Position numbers and translations under genes: made by a program | Notes under the pieces: model-generated | Told to the model about the DNA's origin: nothing | Seen by the model: only the letters and a program-made list of their open reading frames with translations | Database searches by the model: none | NCBI GenBank assembly: GCA_964016885.1 | Contig: OZ024742.1 | Location: forward strand, 351,726,001 to 351,790,000 | Length of the DNA: 64,000 bases | Reading direction: 5' to 3' | DNA from: Eledone cirrhosa | Lineage: Eukaryota | Part shown: in pieces, positions 45,680 through 60,231 of the stretch | Position numbering within the stretch: position 1 is the stretch's first letter | How the letters are laid out: every line of letters starts with the position of its first letter

Positions 45680-47367
45680 CACGCTGTAGACGAACACAAA
45701 TAAACAAACAAACAAACAGGCAGAAAAACCCCCAAAAATGAATAAGCATAAGTTTCATTGTAATGTAGTGTTCGAATGTCTGACTTAGTTTTTTCCCTTC
45801 CTTTCTCTGTCCGTCCGCTTGTTTCTCTCTTCATTCTTATTTTCTTTACGTTTTTTGTTGTTGATGTTGTTGTTGTTGTTGCTGTGCTGCTTTGATTTTG
45901 ATTTTTCTTTTTTCTTTTGAGTCTATCTATATATTTTGATGTCTTCCTCTTTTTTAGTAGGAATTCTACAATGTGGTGGCGGTGCTGTGCTAGCAGCAAC
46001 TAGCAGGAGGTGGCGGGAGAGTATAGCTGCGGTAGCGATACTGAGGCATTGGTGGTGGTGATGTGGTCGTATTACTGTAGTGATGGTGTCCTCTTTTAGT
46101 AGGAATTCTACAATGTGGTGGTGGTGCTGTGCTAGCAGCATCTAGCAGGAGGTAGAGGGAGAGAATAGCGGCGTTAGCGATACTGAGGCAGTGGTGGTGG
46201 TGATGTGGTCGTATTAGTGTAGTGATGGTGTCCTCTTTTAGTATGAATTCTACAATGTGGTGGTGGTGCTGTGCTAGCAGCAACTAGCAGGAGGTAGTGG
46301 GAGAGAATAGCGGCGGTAGCGATACTGAGGCAGTGGTGGTGGTGATGTGGTCGTATTAATGTAGTGATGGGGTTGTAGTTGGGGTATAAATTTGAGTCGA
46401 TTTGACCAGAGTTTTCATCGTGGTAGTGGTGTTGGTATTGGTGGTGAAATAATAATCTGTAGTCGTTTAGTAGTGGTAGTGATGTGGTCGTATTACTGAA
46501 GTGATGGTGTTGTAGTTGGGGTATAAAGTTGAGTCGATTTGACCAGAGTTTTCATCGTGGCAGTGGTGGTGGTATTGGTGGTGAAATAATAATCTGTAGT
46601 CGCTTAGTCATTTTGCCATTTTCGACTCCAACATTCCTGATCCCAAATTAAATATTAATCTTGTTTATCAATATTGTCTAGTGATATAGCCATCCTCCAT
46701 TTTCGTAAGTTAACAGAAGATAGTGGGGGGATAGCGGTGGTAGAAATGAAGGGGTGGTGGCGGCGGTGATGGGATAGTGGTAGTAATGATGGATGGGCGG
46801 CGGCGGCGGTGACTGTAGTGATGGCGTTGTCGTTACTGATGTCCGTTCGGTGAATCTATGGGGTTAGTCGCGTATATGTGTTGACATAAATTCCCTTAAT
46901 GTTGGAATTAAACATTTTGTTAAAACTTGGGACAATAATAATAGTAATTATTATTATCATTATTATGTTGAGATTGGTTGTGGTGGTGGTGGTGAAATTG
47001 CCGTTATCTGGCTGTTGTGTTTAGTGTACACAGAGGGGTGATGGGGTAGGTGGTGTAACTAGTTTCTGGTATTGGTGAAATAGGTGTTGTTTGGCTGTTC
47101 TATATAGTGTAGACAGGTGGGGGGGGGTCTTCTTCTTCCATTTATAGCCATTTTCTTTTTGAATATACAATGTACAATACAAAGTTGAATATTAGAGCCT
47201 TATAACAATATATTTTGGGTCCGATTTTTTTGGGGCTCAAGCCGGATGCTTTACGTAACATTTGTACTAACAATTGTTATTTCACAAATGATTTAAATAT
47301 GTTAAACATTCAAAACTTACGGGAGCGATTTCACGACCTTCTATCCTCCACGTGCGTCTTCCTCCCT
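45680..47367 (-). mobile_element. Probable 5' fragment (UTR and low-complexity ORF1) of an L1/Tx1-type element
   Basis: Shares ttgagcc(c)caaaa leader and T/P-rich ACC/AAC composition with 36270-36800. No catalytic domain seen. Confidence 0.45.
45944..46610. repeat. 142-bp tandem repeat x3 followed by an overlapping about 137-bp repeat x2
   Basis: gaattctaca at 45961, 46103 and 46245; ggggtataaa at 46381 and 46518. Confidence 0.9.
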
Positions 47368-47373
47368 ATTATT

Positions 47374-47469
<96 letters not shown>

Positions 47470-48096
47470 GTTATTATTATTATTAAACACATTTTCTGCT
47501 ATGAATAATGCCTGTATTCTGCAATCATTTCTTCAGATTAATTAAATATTTAGAATATTATCCTGAGGTTCCAGGCATCCGCCAAAGGGAACATAAATCA
47601 ATTAGGCTTATTTGTTATGTGAAGTATACAGTTGCCACAAAGAGGCTAATAAATATTAAATATGTTATGTGTTGTTACAAAGGATATCTATTTTATCACA
47701 AAGTTGTTTCATATAACTGTGGTAATTGGTGAACATAATTCTATATGTATATACACAATCAACTCTGCTTTGATCGTTAATCCAGGTGACGGAGAGCAAA
47801 AAGGAATGAAAGTAATGTATAGTAAAGAAACATTTAAAATAACCTAACAATTAATTCTTAATACGAAGTTAGCTGAAATCGATTCTGATCATTATGCTCG
47901 TCTATGTTACTAATCTCCATATACCGACTGTAAATATTTAGACCAATAAAGGGTAGCCTATAACTCAATACAGGTAAGGTTTACAGAATAATATCATTTT
48001 GCCTTGCAAACACACACACTCTTTCTCTCACACTGGCACAAAGACATAAACACACACATATCCACACTTACACACACGTACACACATATATGTATG

Positions 48097-48174
<78 letters not shown>

Positions 48175-48381
48175 CATACATATATTACACACACACACAC
48201 ATACACATATATATAGTATACATATATATATATATATGTATACTATATATATGCATATATATTTGATGAGCTATTTCTAGCTTTCCTCTGCACCTCTTAT
48301 CTATTTCTTAGATTTTAAATGTACTCCGTTTCCCATCAATTCCTGTGCAATACCGGGTAAATAAAAAAAAACTAAAACCTA

Positions 48382-48473
48382 TCTAGCCTGATGAAAAACA
48401 TTGTTTTTATTTGTTCTAACTGTGGTAAATAGAAAATGTTTCATGAGGGGATGAAACCGAAGTATTGGCTAGA
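48382..48473 (+). ncRNA. Possible decayed hammerhead
   Basis: tctagc CTGATGA aaaacatt...aatgttt...GAAA ccga agta ttgg ctaga. The cleavage-site junction is imperfect. Confidence 0.4.
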
Positions 48474-48647
48474 ATCTAATATGACAATAAGAATTAACTA
48501 CATTCTCATATGCATTACACAACATAATTTATGGTGTATCCTTAATAGTCTCATATGAGTATTCGCTTGAATATGATAGCTTTCGTATCTAATCTTCATT
48601 GAGCTTTTATGGTACAACATAATCGAGCTGATTATATTTCCATTTAC

Positions 48648-48719
<72 letters not shown>

Positions 48720-48735
48720 TACAAGTGTAGATTAA

Positions 48736-48787
48736 AGTTTAAGCAAAGCACTAGTGCTTTCACCCGTTTACGAGACCTTCCGAAACT
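48736..48787 (-). ncRNA. Family F hammerhead with variant core, alone in (TA)n
   Basis: RC: agttt CGGAAGG tctcg taaa cggg t GAAA gca ctagtgctt tgc TT aaact. Confidence 0.55.
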
Positions 48788-48791
48788 AAAA

Positions 48792-48848
<57 letters not shown>

Positions 48849-48850
<2 letters not shown>

Positions 48851-51800
48851 GTTAGGGAAGCAGAAAATTGCTTATTGTGATCCAGTTCGTGGTTAAGAAA
48901 GCCAGTTTCGTGTATTGTTTCAACGTACGGTTAGGGGTAACTCCACAAGTTTGTAGGAATTCCCTTCAATCTTGGAGTATAACGTATAAAAGAGAAAACA
49001 CAGGTAAGCATTAAGAGAAGGATTTTATCCAGGTATTTACGACCGTTTCATTGGTAAGTGCAACCTTATATTGCTATAGTGCAAATAGCAGCCACTCAAT
49101 TATAATTGTTGTTCACGTCCAAATTTTCAAAATAGCGAGTAAGTTACTCTTGAAATAGTTCTTAATATATGGAGAAAAACATTTTTTTGGAATTGTATTT
49201 ACTAGTATAGAGAGAGAGGAAGGAAAATTAGAAAGTGAGGGGACAAACGGAATAGTATAGAGAGAGAGGAAGGGGGAGTATAGTTAGCAAGTAGAGTGAT
49301 AAACTGTGATGGAGGGACGGGTAGAGGTGGAAGGATTCCTTGATCTGTTTTGATACGTAGACTTCATGTCGTGGAATGTTATGAGTTAAAGAGAATTAAA
49401 TTGATCATAGTGGGAGGGATGTATAGCGAGAGAGAGAGGGGGATATATAAAGAGATAATTATATATACATATAAAAAATAAAGATAAAGATAATAATGAT
49501 TAAAATAAAATCAAAGAAGGGGGAGAAAGAAGAAAAGAAAAGATAGCCAAAAAGGGGAGGGAAGGAAGGAAGAAAACGAAGAAATAGAAGAGGAATGAAG
49601 GAGAAGAGAGGTATATATGTATTGATTTTTGTGGGTAATTAAAAGGGTTTATATACAATAAGAGGGTATAAAGTCTAAGTATATGCAGTTTGTCAGTTGG
49701 TAGTAAGAGGTTAAGGGTTCGATCTGCACTTGTAGTGCGAAAACCTTTCTTTGAGTCTATGGTTACAATGAATTAATCTTTCGATTTTATTGTTGAGTAG
49801 CTTATTCTTCGAACTCAAAAGGTGGAACAGCTCTAGGTCATATAATATCAACAGCTTCTCATACCACTCCGATATGGGGGCGCGTTCGATATTGTTTTCC
49901 ACTTCAGGTTGTATTGATAGTTACTTTCCCTCAGTTGCCAGGTCTTGTTTGCAAGGGTAGTTATATAACGATACTGGGAATGTTTCATTGCGGAACGGTG
50001 TGTATACCAACGGGCTTTAAAAGTATTTCCAGTCACTCCGATGTAATACCATTTCTGGTTGTCTGATTCCACTGTGCATTTGTAAACCAGGTTAGGCTGC
50101 ATACATTCATTATGTAATTGATAGGGTTCATGTAGGTGGCAGTTACAATTCTTATCATGGGCAACTTTGGCATTATTGGTGGGATGCGATACCTGTACAA
50201 GTAAGTGTGTTACGTGTTGTTTGCCTATTAGTGGGTGGTTGTGTATTACATATTATGTTGTGTTCAATGGTGATTGTATTGTTATTGTTGTAAATTTGTG
50301 TTCTGGTGTTGTTATGTATATTTTTAGCGTTAAGCATCTTAATGTGTGCCTCTATATTTGGTGCCGTGGAGTAATATAGTCTAATGGATTTAGTGTTATG
50401 GATTTTGCTGTATCTATGTGAATCTGGAAAGTTCTTATTTATTATTCTAAAGAAGGTAGAGTGTAGGTTAGTACTAATAGAGGTGTTAAATATGGGGTTA
50501 TACCAAATATATATTCTACTGCGTGACTTGTTTGATTTCGATGTTGTATTTCTATTAACCGTATACTTTGTAGTTCTATGCGTAAGTACGTGTGTGCGTG
50601 TGTTTCTTCAGTTTGTGTTATGCGTGTTCGTGTGCGCTTTGCGGAGGCTTTTATCTATATATTCTACTCTATCTAAGTGGCATGCCTTGACTAATGCGGT
50701 ATTGTAATATTATGCATGCTCCTCGAAGATTTGTCGGTTAGAGGAGAGGCGGGAGATCCTAATGAATATGCTGCGTGGAATGGATATAATTATGGATAGA
50801 GGGTAGTTTGAGTTACAGTTGATGTATGCTAAGTTTTCATTAAACTTGTGAAAAGGTCTTATAAGTCCCGTATTTAGGTTAAGCGTCGCGTCTAGAAAGT
50901 TAACTGTTTTAGCGCTATACTCATACGTATGCTGAGGCCTAGTTTCTAATATTCTTACGGAGTCTTTCTATGCTCTGGTTGTTTAGGTTCCTAACTAGGA
51001 GAAGGGCGTCGTTTCTGTAGATTCCACCGTGAAGGTCGCTAAACTCACTCTGTAAACTATGGACTATGTAAATACGTACTAAATCTGTGACTTGAGCCGA
51101 GCCGTTAGCCCCCATCGTGATGTCAAAGTTATTTAATCTATCCGTACGTTCCCTTACGTTTTCAAATGTAATTATTGTTTTCCTAGCAGCTAATATGATT
51201 TTTATCTCGTCATCTGTTAGGTCAGAATTGGCTTTGGCGAATGCTAAGGATTTATCGAAGGTGTTGGGGGATATAGAGGAGTAATAGTCATTGATGTCAA
51301 ATTGTATAAATTTAGATACTTTTTTGTTAGCTATATTGTTAAACCACTTAATTGTTTCGGTAGCGTTACCCCATAGATTAAGCACTAGTTTATTATTCAT
51401 TTGTGCTATCACTCTGTCTAATATATGTTTACTAATATTCCTGATGTCCGATTTGGACGGGCATATAAGTCTAATTGTGGGGTTATAATCAACATTTACC
51501 TTGTGGTGCTTGAAATTAAATGTGGGGTACATGGTCTAAGTGGCTCCGTTCTGTCGTCTATTCCTAGCTGTTTGACTATATTGTGTGCCTCTTTGTTGAT
51601 GTTTATCAGTTCCGGCTCATTAGTTTTTTGTATTTCCTATGTAATTCTTTCCGTATGAAGCTATTGTATGTATTAACATCCATCGTATACACATTTAAGA
51701 TGTCGTCCGCTTTGACAATAATTCCATTGGTATTTCGCAGCTTTTTTAGGAATGTATTTATGTCATTCTGGAGTTTATTATTCCTCCGCTTTTTGAATTT

Positions 51801-52143
51801 AATATTCATAATCACCATCAGTAAGTACTGTTCAAAGGCATCCTGTTGAGGTTTGGTAGGTGGTTTCTTACACGATTTGAAGCCGTATGTTTCCTTGTTG
51901 TATTCCGCGGTGCGACCATTACGTCCTTTGTCGAAATGTAAAGTTTTCCATCTAACTCGGCGTATATAGTCGTTTGTTCGCTGTATCATCCCGAGAGTAT
52001 AATCCTTTCTCAGAGGTATAGGAATGTTCTTTAGGGACATACCTATGTAATGCTTTTCTATAATAGTACCGTATGTTTAGGTGGTTGCTCGACAGATAAA
52101 GAGCCTGTAGTTAGGGAAGCAGAACATTGCTTATTGTGACCAA
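48849..52143 (-). mobile_element. Full-length decayed Naiad-type PLE (ORF about 52040-49711) with 35-bp terminal direct repeat
   Basis: MSLKNIP, IRLICPSKS, FDINDYYSSI, MGANGSAQVTDL, GIYRND, NCNC, LVY..YIGVT. tagttagggaagcagaa(a/c)attgcttattgtga at 48849 and 52108. Confidence 0.9.
49032..49137 (-). ncRNA. Decayed hammerhead in PLE 3' UTR
   Basis: RC: gctatt TTGAAAA tttgg...ccaat GAAA cg gt cg TA aatacc. Position is as expected but the core is mutated. Confidence 0.55.
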
Positions 52144-52154
52144 ATTCAGAAACG

Positions 52155-52273
<119 letters not shown>

Positions 52274-52281
52274 TATAATAA

Positions 52282-52535
52282 TCGTTTCTGAATTTGGTTA
52301 GCAACAGTCTTTATCTGAAAACGTGTTGAAACCGATATTGTTATTCTTCGGGAGGGTCATGACGAAAGAACTTTGACAATACATGAACAACCGTCCGGTT
52401 GTGGAACGAACCAACCAACCGGAAATTTATTTATTTTTTAAAATTTATAATTTAATTTATAATAAATTGAAGTGAAAACAACTGGGACGTGTGTTTCTAT
52501 TTGGCAACATCACCCTCCCAAAGTATAACAATATA
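52282..52535. mobile_element. Non-coding PLE 3'-end insert (family of 22.3-23.8 kb) with internal inversion
   Basis: Minus-orientation terminus joined at gtcat/gac to a plus-orientation half HHR (gacGAAAgaacTTtgac). Confidence 0.85.
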
Positions 52536-52548
52536 CATATATATACAT

Positions 52549-52627
<79 letters not shown>

Positions 52628-53013
52628 TGGATTAAATCAAGACATGGGAAACGTCAAAGTTAGCGCCCTATTTCCTCTTAGAAAATAGATTCCTGCATTA
52701 TATCTAAAAGTATTAGTTGCTCATTAAATTTGTGAACGTTGTAATACAATAGTGTGAGACACACTCTAATTACGTACACATCAAGACACACACGCACACT
52801 CCAAAAGACGGTGTACGTACACATATATAGACGAGCGAGCACACACAAACGCGCACACACATAGATATATATATATTTGCCACCTCTTTACTCATCCTGT
52901 ATTAATGTATTATGGCCTTACATTTGTTAATCGATAAATGCCAAAGACGGTTTTATAAGTTTAACACATAAATTATTCGTTCCATGTGCAGCATAAATAA
53001 CATTATTTAGCCA

Positions 53014-53207
53014 GGACGGTGGATTGGCAGTATCGGTAGAGAGTCGAACACCATGCTATGCAGCATAGAGTTACGTCCATTTACGGTATCAGTTCAAATC
53101 ACGCCAAGGTTAACTTTGCCTTTCATCCTTACGGGGTCGATAAAATAAAGTACCAGTAATACACTGGTTAATTGCTGGCCTTGTGCCAAATGTAGAAACA
53201 ATTATTT
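53014..53207 (+). mobile_element. Family B SINE, complete
   Basis: A box, B box, core and tail. Confidence 0.9.
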
Positions 53208-53900
53208 AGCCAGTACACTTTCATTTTACATGAGCTGGGCTTTGGATGAGATAGTTAACCTGAAAATAATTGCAGATACGGCCGGTTTTTCAGATATAAT
53301 TTGTAACTTGAAACCATATTTTGTTTGTTTAATATGTAATCTGTTAACTGGTTATTGCTATTTAGTATCTTTGATTTTTTACTAACTAACGTCTTCTTCA
53401 ATATTTTTTGAGTGATTCTCCTAAGACTATGTGTTTTAGAATGCTAACCTCTGAATCAACAATTGATACAATTTTCATTTTGGTTTTTTTTTAAATTTTA
53501 GATATAAATTTACTATATAGTCTATATAGTCGGCTTCAAGATTTAATAACATGCTGCGGTTATAAGTAATTATTTAACATGTATTGAGCAAATTCCTGTG
53601 TATGAAACTACCGGACAGATTTGGCGATTCAACGAGAATATAGAACAACGTGGTGAAACATAGGAACAAAACTAACGGTGACACGATTTAAGTTTAATGT
53701 ATTGGATGTCATTTATATTTAACACATGTTTTAGTTTTTGGGACATTACTATATTTACTAATGTTATTTTGTAAGATAAAAGAGATTAAAATTAACATTT
53801 TGCTTTACATCTCAACATTCAACACGGAAATAAAGACACAAAATCAACCTATATATCATAAAACCTCAGTTATATATATATATGTACTTATTTATGTAGG

Positions 53901-53951
<51 letters not shown>

Positions 53952-54154
53952 GTATTACTTCAAAATGTTAATAAATATAAACATTTATGTGATCAAATAT
54001 ATAGTTATACATATTCCATAGGTACTGAGCTATTTCAACAGTACGTCCTCTTCAGATAAAATAAGTTGATGCCTGACATACCTTGAATATGTTGATGGTT
54101 ATAATTCAGTCATGGCAGTTATATTTATACGTTTATATAATTTATATAGTTATA

Positions 54155-54221
<67 letters not shown>

Positions 54222-54600
54222 GCATATATTTATATATATGTGGGGTGGTAATCAATTCCGAATGATAGGAAACCGTAAAAGTTGAGTGACAGTATCTTGA
54301 GTGCCAGTAGCTTAAGACATGACGGTAGATCATGTCAAAATCTTTTGACCAGCAGTTTTCATATTTCATGAAAGATAAGTCTTTCAATGGCTGTATTGGT
54401 ATTTCCTATTACACTGATGGAGACACACATCTAAAATAGACAATTATATAAGATCGTAACATACATATTAAGGTATGATATTTGATCCACATAAATAATT
54501 TAGATGTTGACGAAATAAAAATAGAATCATTGATCTCATTAATTTATACTTATATTCCAATCGATCAACAACCTCTCGATAGCTACCAGAGTCGTGGGTC

Positions 54601-54671
<71 letters not shown>

Positions 54672-54682
54672 GAGAGCGTCGT

Positions 54683-54714
<32 letters not shown>

Positions 54715-55074
54715 TATATATATATTTATACACATGTGTGTGTGTGTGTGTGATAATTTTATTATTATTATTTTGTCTAGATTTATATATAAATTAATGT
54801 GACATTCCGTTGCCTTGGTTTTAGTTCATTATAGAAAATGAAAATGCAAATTACAAGTGTGTATCAGATTTCTATTTAGATTCTCCGTCTTGCTTTTTTC
54901 TCCTTCACTACTTTCTTGTTCATAGCATTATTAAATAGACATGAACTTTATATTTGTTTATTCGATAATATATAGAATTATTCGCAACTGTATGTGTAGT
55001 ACTTCTTAAAGTTTTCATAAGGCTCATTGATTTACAAACATTTAAAATATACATAGTAAATATACATATATATG

Positions 55075-55205
55075 AAGGTGCATGTCTTAGTGGTTAGAGC
55101 AGTAGGTTTGCAATCGAAAGGTTGTGAGTTCAATTCTCTGACCGGGTGATGTGTTGTTTCCTTCAGCAACACACTTTATTTCACGTTGCTCCAGTTTACT
55201 CATCG
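55075..55205 (+). mobile_element. Family A SINE
   Basis: tagtggttagagc..gagttcaattc..cactttatttcacgttgctccag. Confidence 0.75.
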
Positions 55206-55528
55206 TATGGCTAAAACAGTACGTGCCGTAACCAGCGGCTCCGATTGGCGCCCGACAAGCTGGTCGGTCAAGGTGATCAAGGAGCTATGTACATATATCA
55301 TTTCCCGAACAATAAACCGTGCACAACCCTCGGATTGAACATGATATTATCATCTCTTAGGGTTTTAATATCGTTGGCTGAATTTCATCCAATCCGGTGT
55401 GATTGCTATATTTATGCAATTTATATGCTCTTGTGATTTCAACATGTGAGATCTTAGTCATCGTCACAGTTGCACCAGGAATAAAACAGGAGATGTTGTT
55501 GGTATAGGAGCCTGGCATTTTATTCTTT

Positions 55529-55567
<39 letters not shown>

Positions 55568-55756
55568 CAATGCATTAAAGACTTAGTTCAAAAATTGTAA
55601 TCCCTGTACTACAGAAATTCTTTATATTATTAATAATAGGAAGTCAATTATAATAAAGGCTTTGAGATATTCAGCAGTTGTTTGTACAAGTTCTCTAGAT
55701 CTTTTCAGAGAATATTTAGGGAAACTTCCTGAAATGTATTTGTACGGTTGTATTTG

Positions 55757-55840
<84 letters not shown>

Positions 55841-55843
<3 letters not shown>

Positions 55844-57430
55844 CCGACACGCATCAACACAGATTTTATCACTGACGGACTCCGCTTTATCCTACAAAAT
55901 AACTACTTCACATTCAATGGTTCAACATACAGACAAGTATCAGGTACGGCAATGGGCACGAAAGTAGCACCCACATATGCCAACCAAGTCATGGGATTCC
56001 ATGAACAACAAATATACAGTCAGTCCCTTCTCTTATTTGGAGACTCTTTCCACACACACCTCAAAGCCAATTGGAAAAGATATCTAGACGACTGCTTTAT
56101 CCTATGGCAAGAAGACATGAACTCACTTACTACGTTTAAAAACATGATAAACAACATAGATAATAACATACAATTCACAATGGAATCCAATCCTAAGGAA
56201 TTAGCCTTCTTGGATATTCTCATCTCTGTAATAGACGGGAAATTAGATACAGATATATTCTATAAACCCACAGATTCCAAGCAATACCTCTTTTGCACAT
56301 CAAGTCACCCAAAACATACAAAACTTAACATTCCTTACAATTTGGCCAAACGTATATGTACCATAGTATCAGATCCACCTAAACGGGAGCAAAGACTAAA
56401 GGAACTAAAAGACACCCTTATCTTAAGAGCCTTTCCACTGGAAATAATCAACAATAGAATAGACAGGGCAAAACACCTAAATCCCCATCAACTTAACAAT
56501 CCAAAACAGAAAACCACACTCAACACCCTGCCATATGTATCCACTTTCAACCACAGAAATACCGAAATGTTTGATCACCTACACAAAAACCTCCCCATCC
56601 TACTTAAAGATGTAAAAATGAAGTCTATTCTTGAAACACACAAGATCCTTAAAAGTAAAAGACAACCCAAATCACTTAAACGCATTCTCACTGGACCAAA
56701 TATACCCAAACCAATCCTCAACCCTACAGTTACCAAATGTGGTAGAACAATCTGTGGAACGTGCCTCTACCTCACTGAAGGACAAACATTTACATTCAAA
56801 GATGGCCAAACATTTACAGTAAAAAACAATTTCCCCTGCAACTCGGAGAACTTGATTTACGCAATAACTTGCGGTGGGTGCAAACACAACTACATAGGAC
56901 AGACGGGCACCTCATTACGCAAAAGAATGACCATCCACCGCCAACAAATCCGGGACGCTAACACAAGAAAAATCCCCTTGAGCAGCCATATTGCGAACTG
57001 CGCAGGAATGACACTACCCAACTTTAAAATCTTCCCCTTCTACAAGTGCTCAGATTCGTTCACACAGCAACAAAGAATAAACAAAGAAAATCTATTCCTT
57101 AACAAATTTAAACCAAAACTAAACGGGTTATCACCCCAATAGAATTGTCATAAAATATAAACACACATACGCACGGAATCACTACTATTAAAGACCAGAG
57201 ACCAATTCTGTAGAATCAGGTTTATTCATTGACAGACCATGCCTTTGTGTGACCAACACATCCATGTTAAACCCTGCACGTGCACACACATATATCTATA
57301 TATATATATGCGCACACAGAATTCACCACTCTCGGTTGCGGGACCCAATCTACATGAAGAACTCAATGTGATCAGAATGACTTGTATTTTAATTTCACTG
57401 CCCCAACTTCTTATATTATGGAAAAAATAT
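55841..57430 (+). mobile_element. 5'-truncated Neptune-type PLE with open RT-GIY-YIG frame to 57142
   Basis: GTAMGTKVAPTYAN, WKRYLDD, FYKPTD, CGRTICGTC linker, LIYAITC..C..YIGQT..LRKR. Starts directly after (TA)n. Confidence 0.92.
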
Positions 57431-57688
57431 ATGTGTCTGTATGTATATATATATATATATATTTGAAGGCCATTTCTCTGTGTGTGGGTGTATGTATGTG
57501 TATATGTGTGTGTGTGTGTATGTGTGTGCATGTGGATGTATGTATTGTGTGTGCGTGTGTGTGTGTGTGTGTATGTATGTGGGTATCTGGATGTATGCGT
57601 ATGTGTATATATATATATATATATATGATATTTATATATTCATATGTATATATTAATAACTTAATAAGAGTCATAATTTTATATTTAT

Positions 57689-58368
57689 GGCGGTGGATTG
57701 TCAGTATCGGTAGAGGGTCGGACGCCATGCTTTCCAGCATAGTTACATCCCTTTACGATCTGAGTTCAAATCCCGCCGAGGTTGACTTTGCCTTTCTTCC
57801 TTACGGGGTCGATAAAATAAAGTACCAGTAATATACTGGGTAATTGCTGGCCTTGTGCCTAAAGTAGAAACAATTATTTCATATTAAAAAGAGCGGTGAA
57901 TTGGCAGTATCGGTAGAGGGTTGAACGCCATGCTTTCTAGCATAGTTACGTCCCTTTACTGTTCGAGTTCAAATCCCGATGAGGTTAACTTTGCCATTCA
58001 TCCTTACGGGGTCGATAAAATAAACTACCAGTAATGTACTGGGTAATTGCTGGCCTTGTGCCTAATGTAGAAACAATTATTTTATATTAAATTAAAAAAA
58101 TGTTTGGCATTGTGCTATTTTATATATTATATATTTTATATTTTTTATTTTCCCCTACATTTTCTCAATCATTTCTTTTTTAAAACACACATTTATTCTA
58201 GAATATATTCTGCCATTAGTTATATTCTGCCATTACTTATATTCTGTCATTACTTATATTCTCCGCCGAGGTTGACTTTGACTTTCATCCTTACGGGGTC
58301 GATAAAATAAAGTACCAGTAATGCACTGGGTATTTGCTGGCCTTGTGCCTAAAGTAGAAACAATTACT
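57689..58368 (+). mobile_element. Three family B SINEs (57689-57880, 57892-58080, 58264-58368)
   Basis: High-identity consensus matches. Confidence 0.9.
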
Positions 58369-59024
58369 TATATTCTGCCATTATTTATATTCTCTGTAAT
58401 TTATAAGATAACAGGTGTTACCCATTTTCCAATCTCCATTATATTTATTTGATTTATGCGTTATAATCCTTGCATACCATTCTCTCACCTACAAAACCTT
58501 TGGATTGTATCTAAATACATTAGATTTAGTATAAGTAGCAACTTATACATAGTTCTTCTATATCTACAATAATTATATAAATTACCTGTCGGTTTTCTAT
58601 ATTACCTATATGATTAAACCTGCTGATTCATTCATTTATTTATGCATTCTTAACGTCGCTAATAAATTATTTTACTCTATGTAATTTTTAGTTATAAATA
58701 AAAATATAGTTAATACCACCCATAATATTATTTGCACTTAATCTTGTAATTTTATAAACCCTATTATTATAATCTAATCATAATACAATATTTAAAAAAA
58801 TTACCTTATATAAATAATCTACATTATGTCCCGTTGTTTATTTACATTATCTCCCAAGAAAATTTGTGAGTTTTTTCAACTCCTATACTGTCACCGGTCT
58901 GTCATGATCGTTGATGCTGGATTGTCATGAAAACGTTTTATCTGATTGCATTTTATATGATGAAGTCATGCCCTGATTTATGTTAAACATACAATTTTGC
59001 ATCTCCGAAATATATATATATATA

Positions 59025-59230
59025 TTAATTAAAATAACAGCTTACAGTTTAAAAAAAGAAACGCTGCTTTTACCCTTAACGGGATCTTCAGAGTTTCAGA
59101 AGATTCCGTTACGGGTGAAAGCAGCGATTTTAATAAATATTTGCTCTCGGGTTCTTATATGTTTCATATATAATATATATATCCTTCCTTATCGAGCACT
59201 CTTCTTTGGATTTTAGTCTTCACATTTATT
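59025..59230. mobile_element. Non-coding insert with back-to-back family F hammerhead motifs
   Basis: cgctgcttttaccc..cgggatcttcag / cagaagattccg..gggtgaaagcagcg. GAGCACTC near the 3' end; TA tracts on both sides. Confidence 0.7.
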
Positions 59231-59235
59231 ATTAT

Positions 59236-59292
<57 letters not shown>

Positions 59293-59297
<5 letters not shown>

Positions 59298-59685
59298 GTT
59301 TCTACTTTTGGCAAAATACCAGCAATTATGCCAGTGTATTACTGTTATTTTATTTTATTGATCCCGCAAGGATGAATTATAAATTTAACCTTGGTGCTAT
59401 TTCATTATATATATATTTTGAAACAGCATCGAGTTATTCAAATTTTACCTCCCCTCAATTTTTTTTACTTTGTAAATAAATTCGAAACCATTATCAGCAT
59501 CGTTTCTATGAAGACCGTGGCTGGGCATTAGAAATAAGTGTTGCTATATTGAGATGCGAATTCCTCCGGTATTACTTAAAATATCATGTTGAAATTTATC
59601 ATATCCAAAAATAGTAAGGTCAAAATATTTTATCGACCATCCTTTTCCACATAATTTTAGCCTTGTGCCTAAATCAGAAATCATT
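59293..59685. mobile_element. Two old family B SINE remnants (59293-59400 minus, about 59520-59685 plus)
   Basis: Degenerate core and tail motifs. Confidence 0.55.
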
Positions 59686-60133
59686 GTATGTGAGGTCAAC
59701 CAAATAACGTGGAATAATTTAATTGTATCTAATATTTTCTGAGAAAGAAGTGTTTATATCGTTAGAGTGAAATTCTTTGACTGCAGAAGAAATCCACCAC
59801 AGCTATCGGCTTTGAATGGTCCTCAAATATTTTGAACTTCCAGTAAATTCTGAGAGCAATATCTCAGATTTTACTACATCTTTTCCACTTTATTTAGAAG
59901 TTAATCTTGCATTAATCGGACCCAGCATATTGATTTACTATTACATTGATATTTTCATATGAATTGTAATGCTGTAAATAATGTTCAAATTTTATGAGGC
60001 GATGAATTAATATAATACATTAAAGATATTGAGTCAATAACTTAAAAAAGAAAATTGATTTAAGAGTTGTGTATTAGGAATATGAAAAATTGAAGATGTA
60101 AGTTGCATTTCTTTATCAGGAGTGGGTTAGTAT

Positions 60134-60231
<98 letters not shown>

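Noticed and set aside
54016-54062. Minus-strand CTGAAGA-hairpin-GAAA motif in a TA-flanked island
   Set aside because: Stems I and III cannot be paired convincingly. It may be decayed, but the evidence is insufficient.
55357-55530. Minus-strand ORF as a host exon
   Set aside because: TGLDEIQPTILK resembles the region preceding a LINE RT, so it is more likely a decayed fragment; too weak to annotate.
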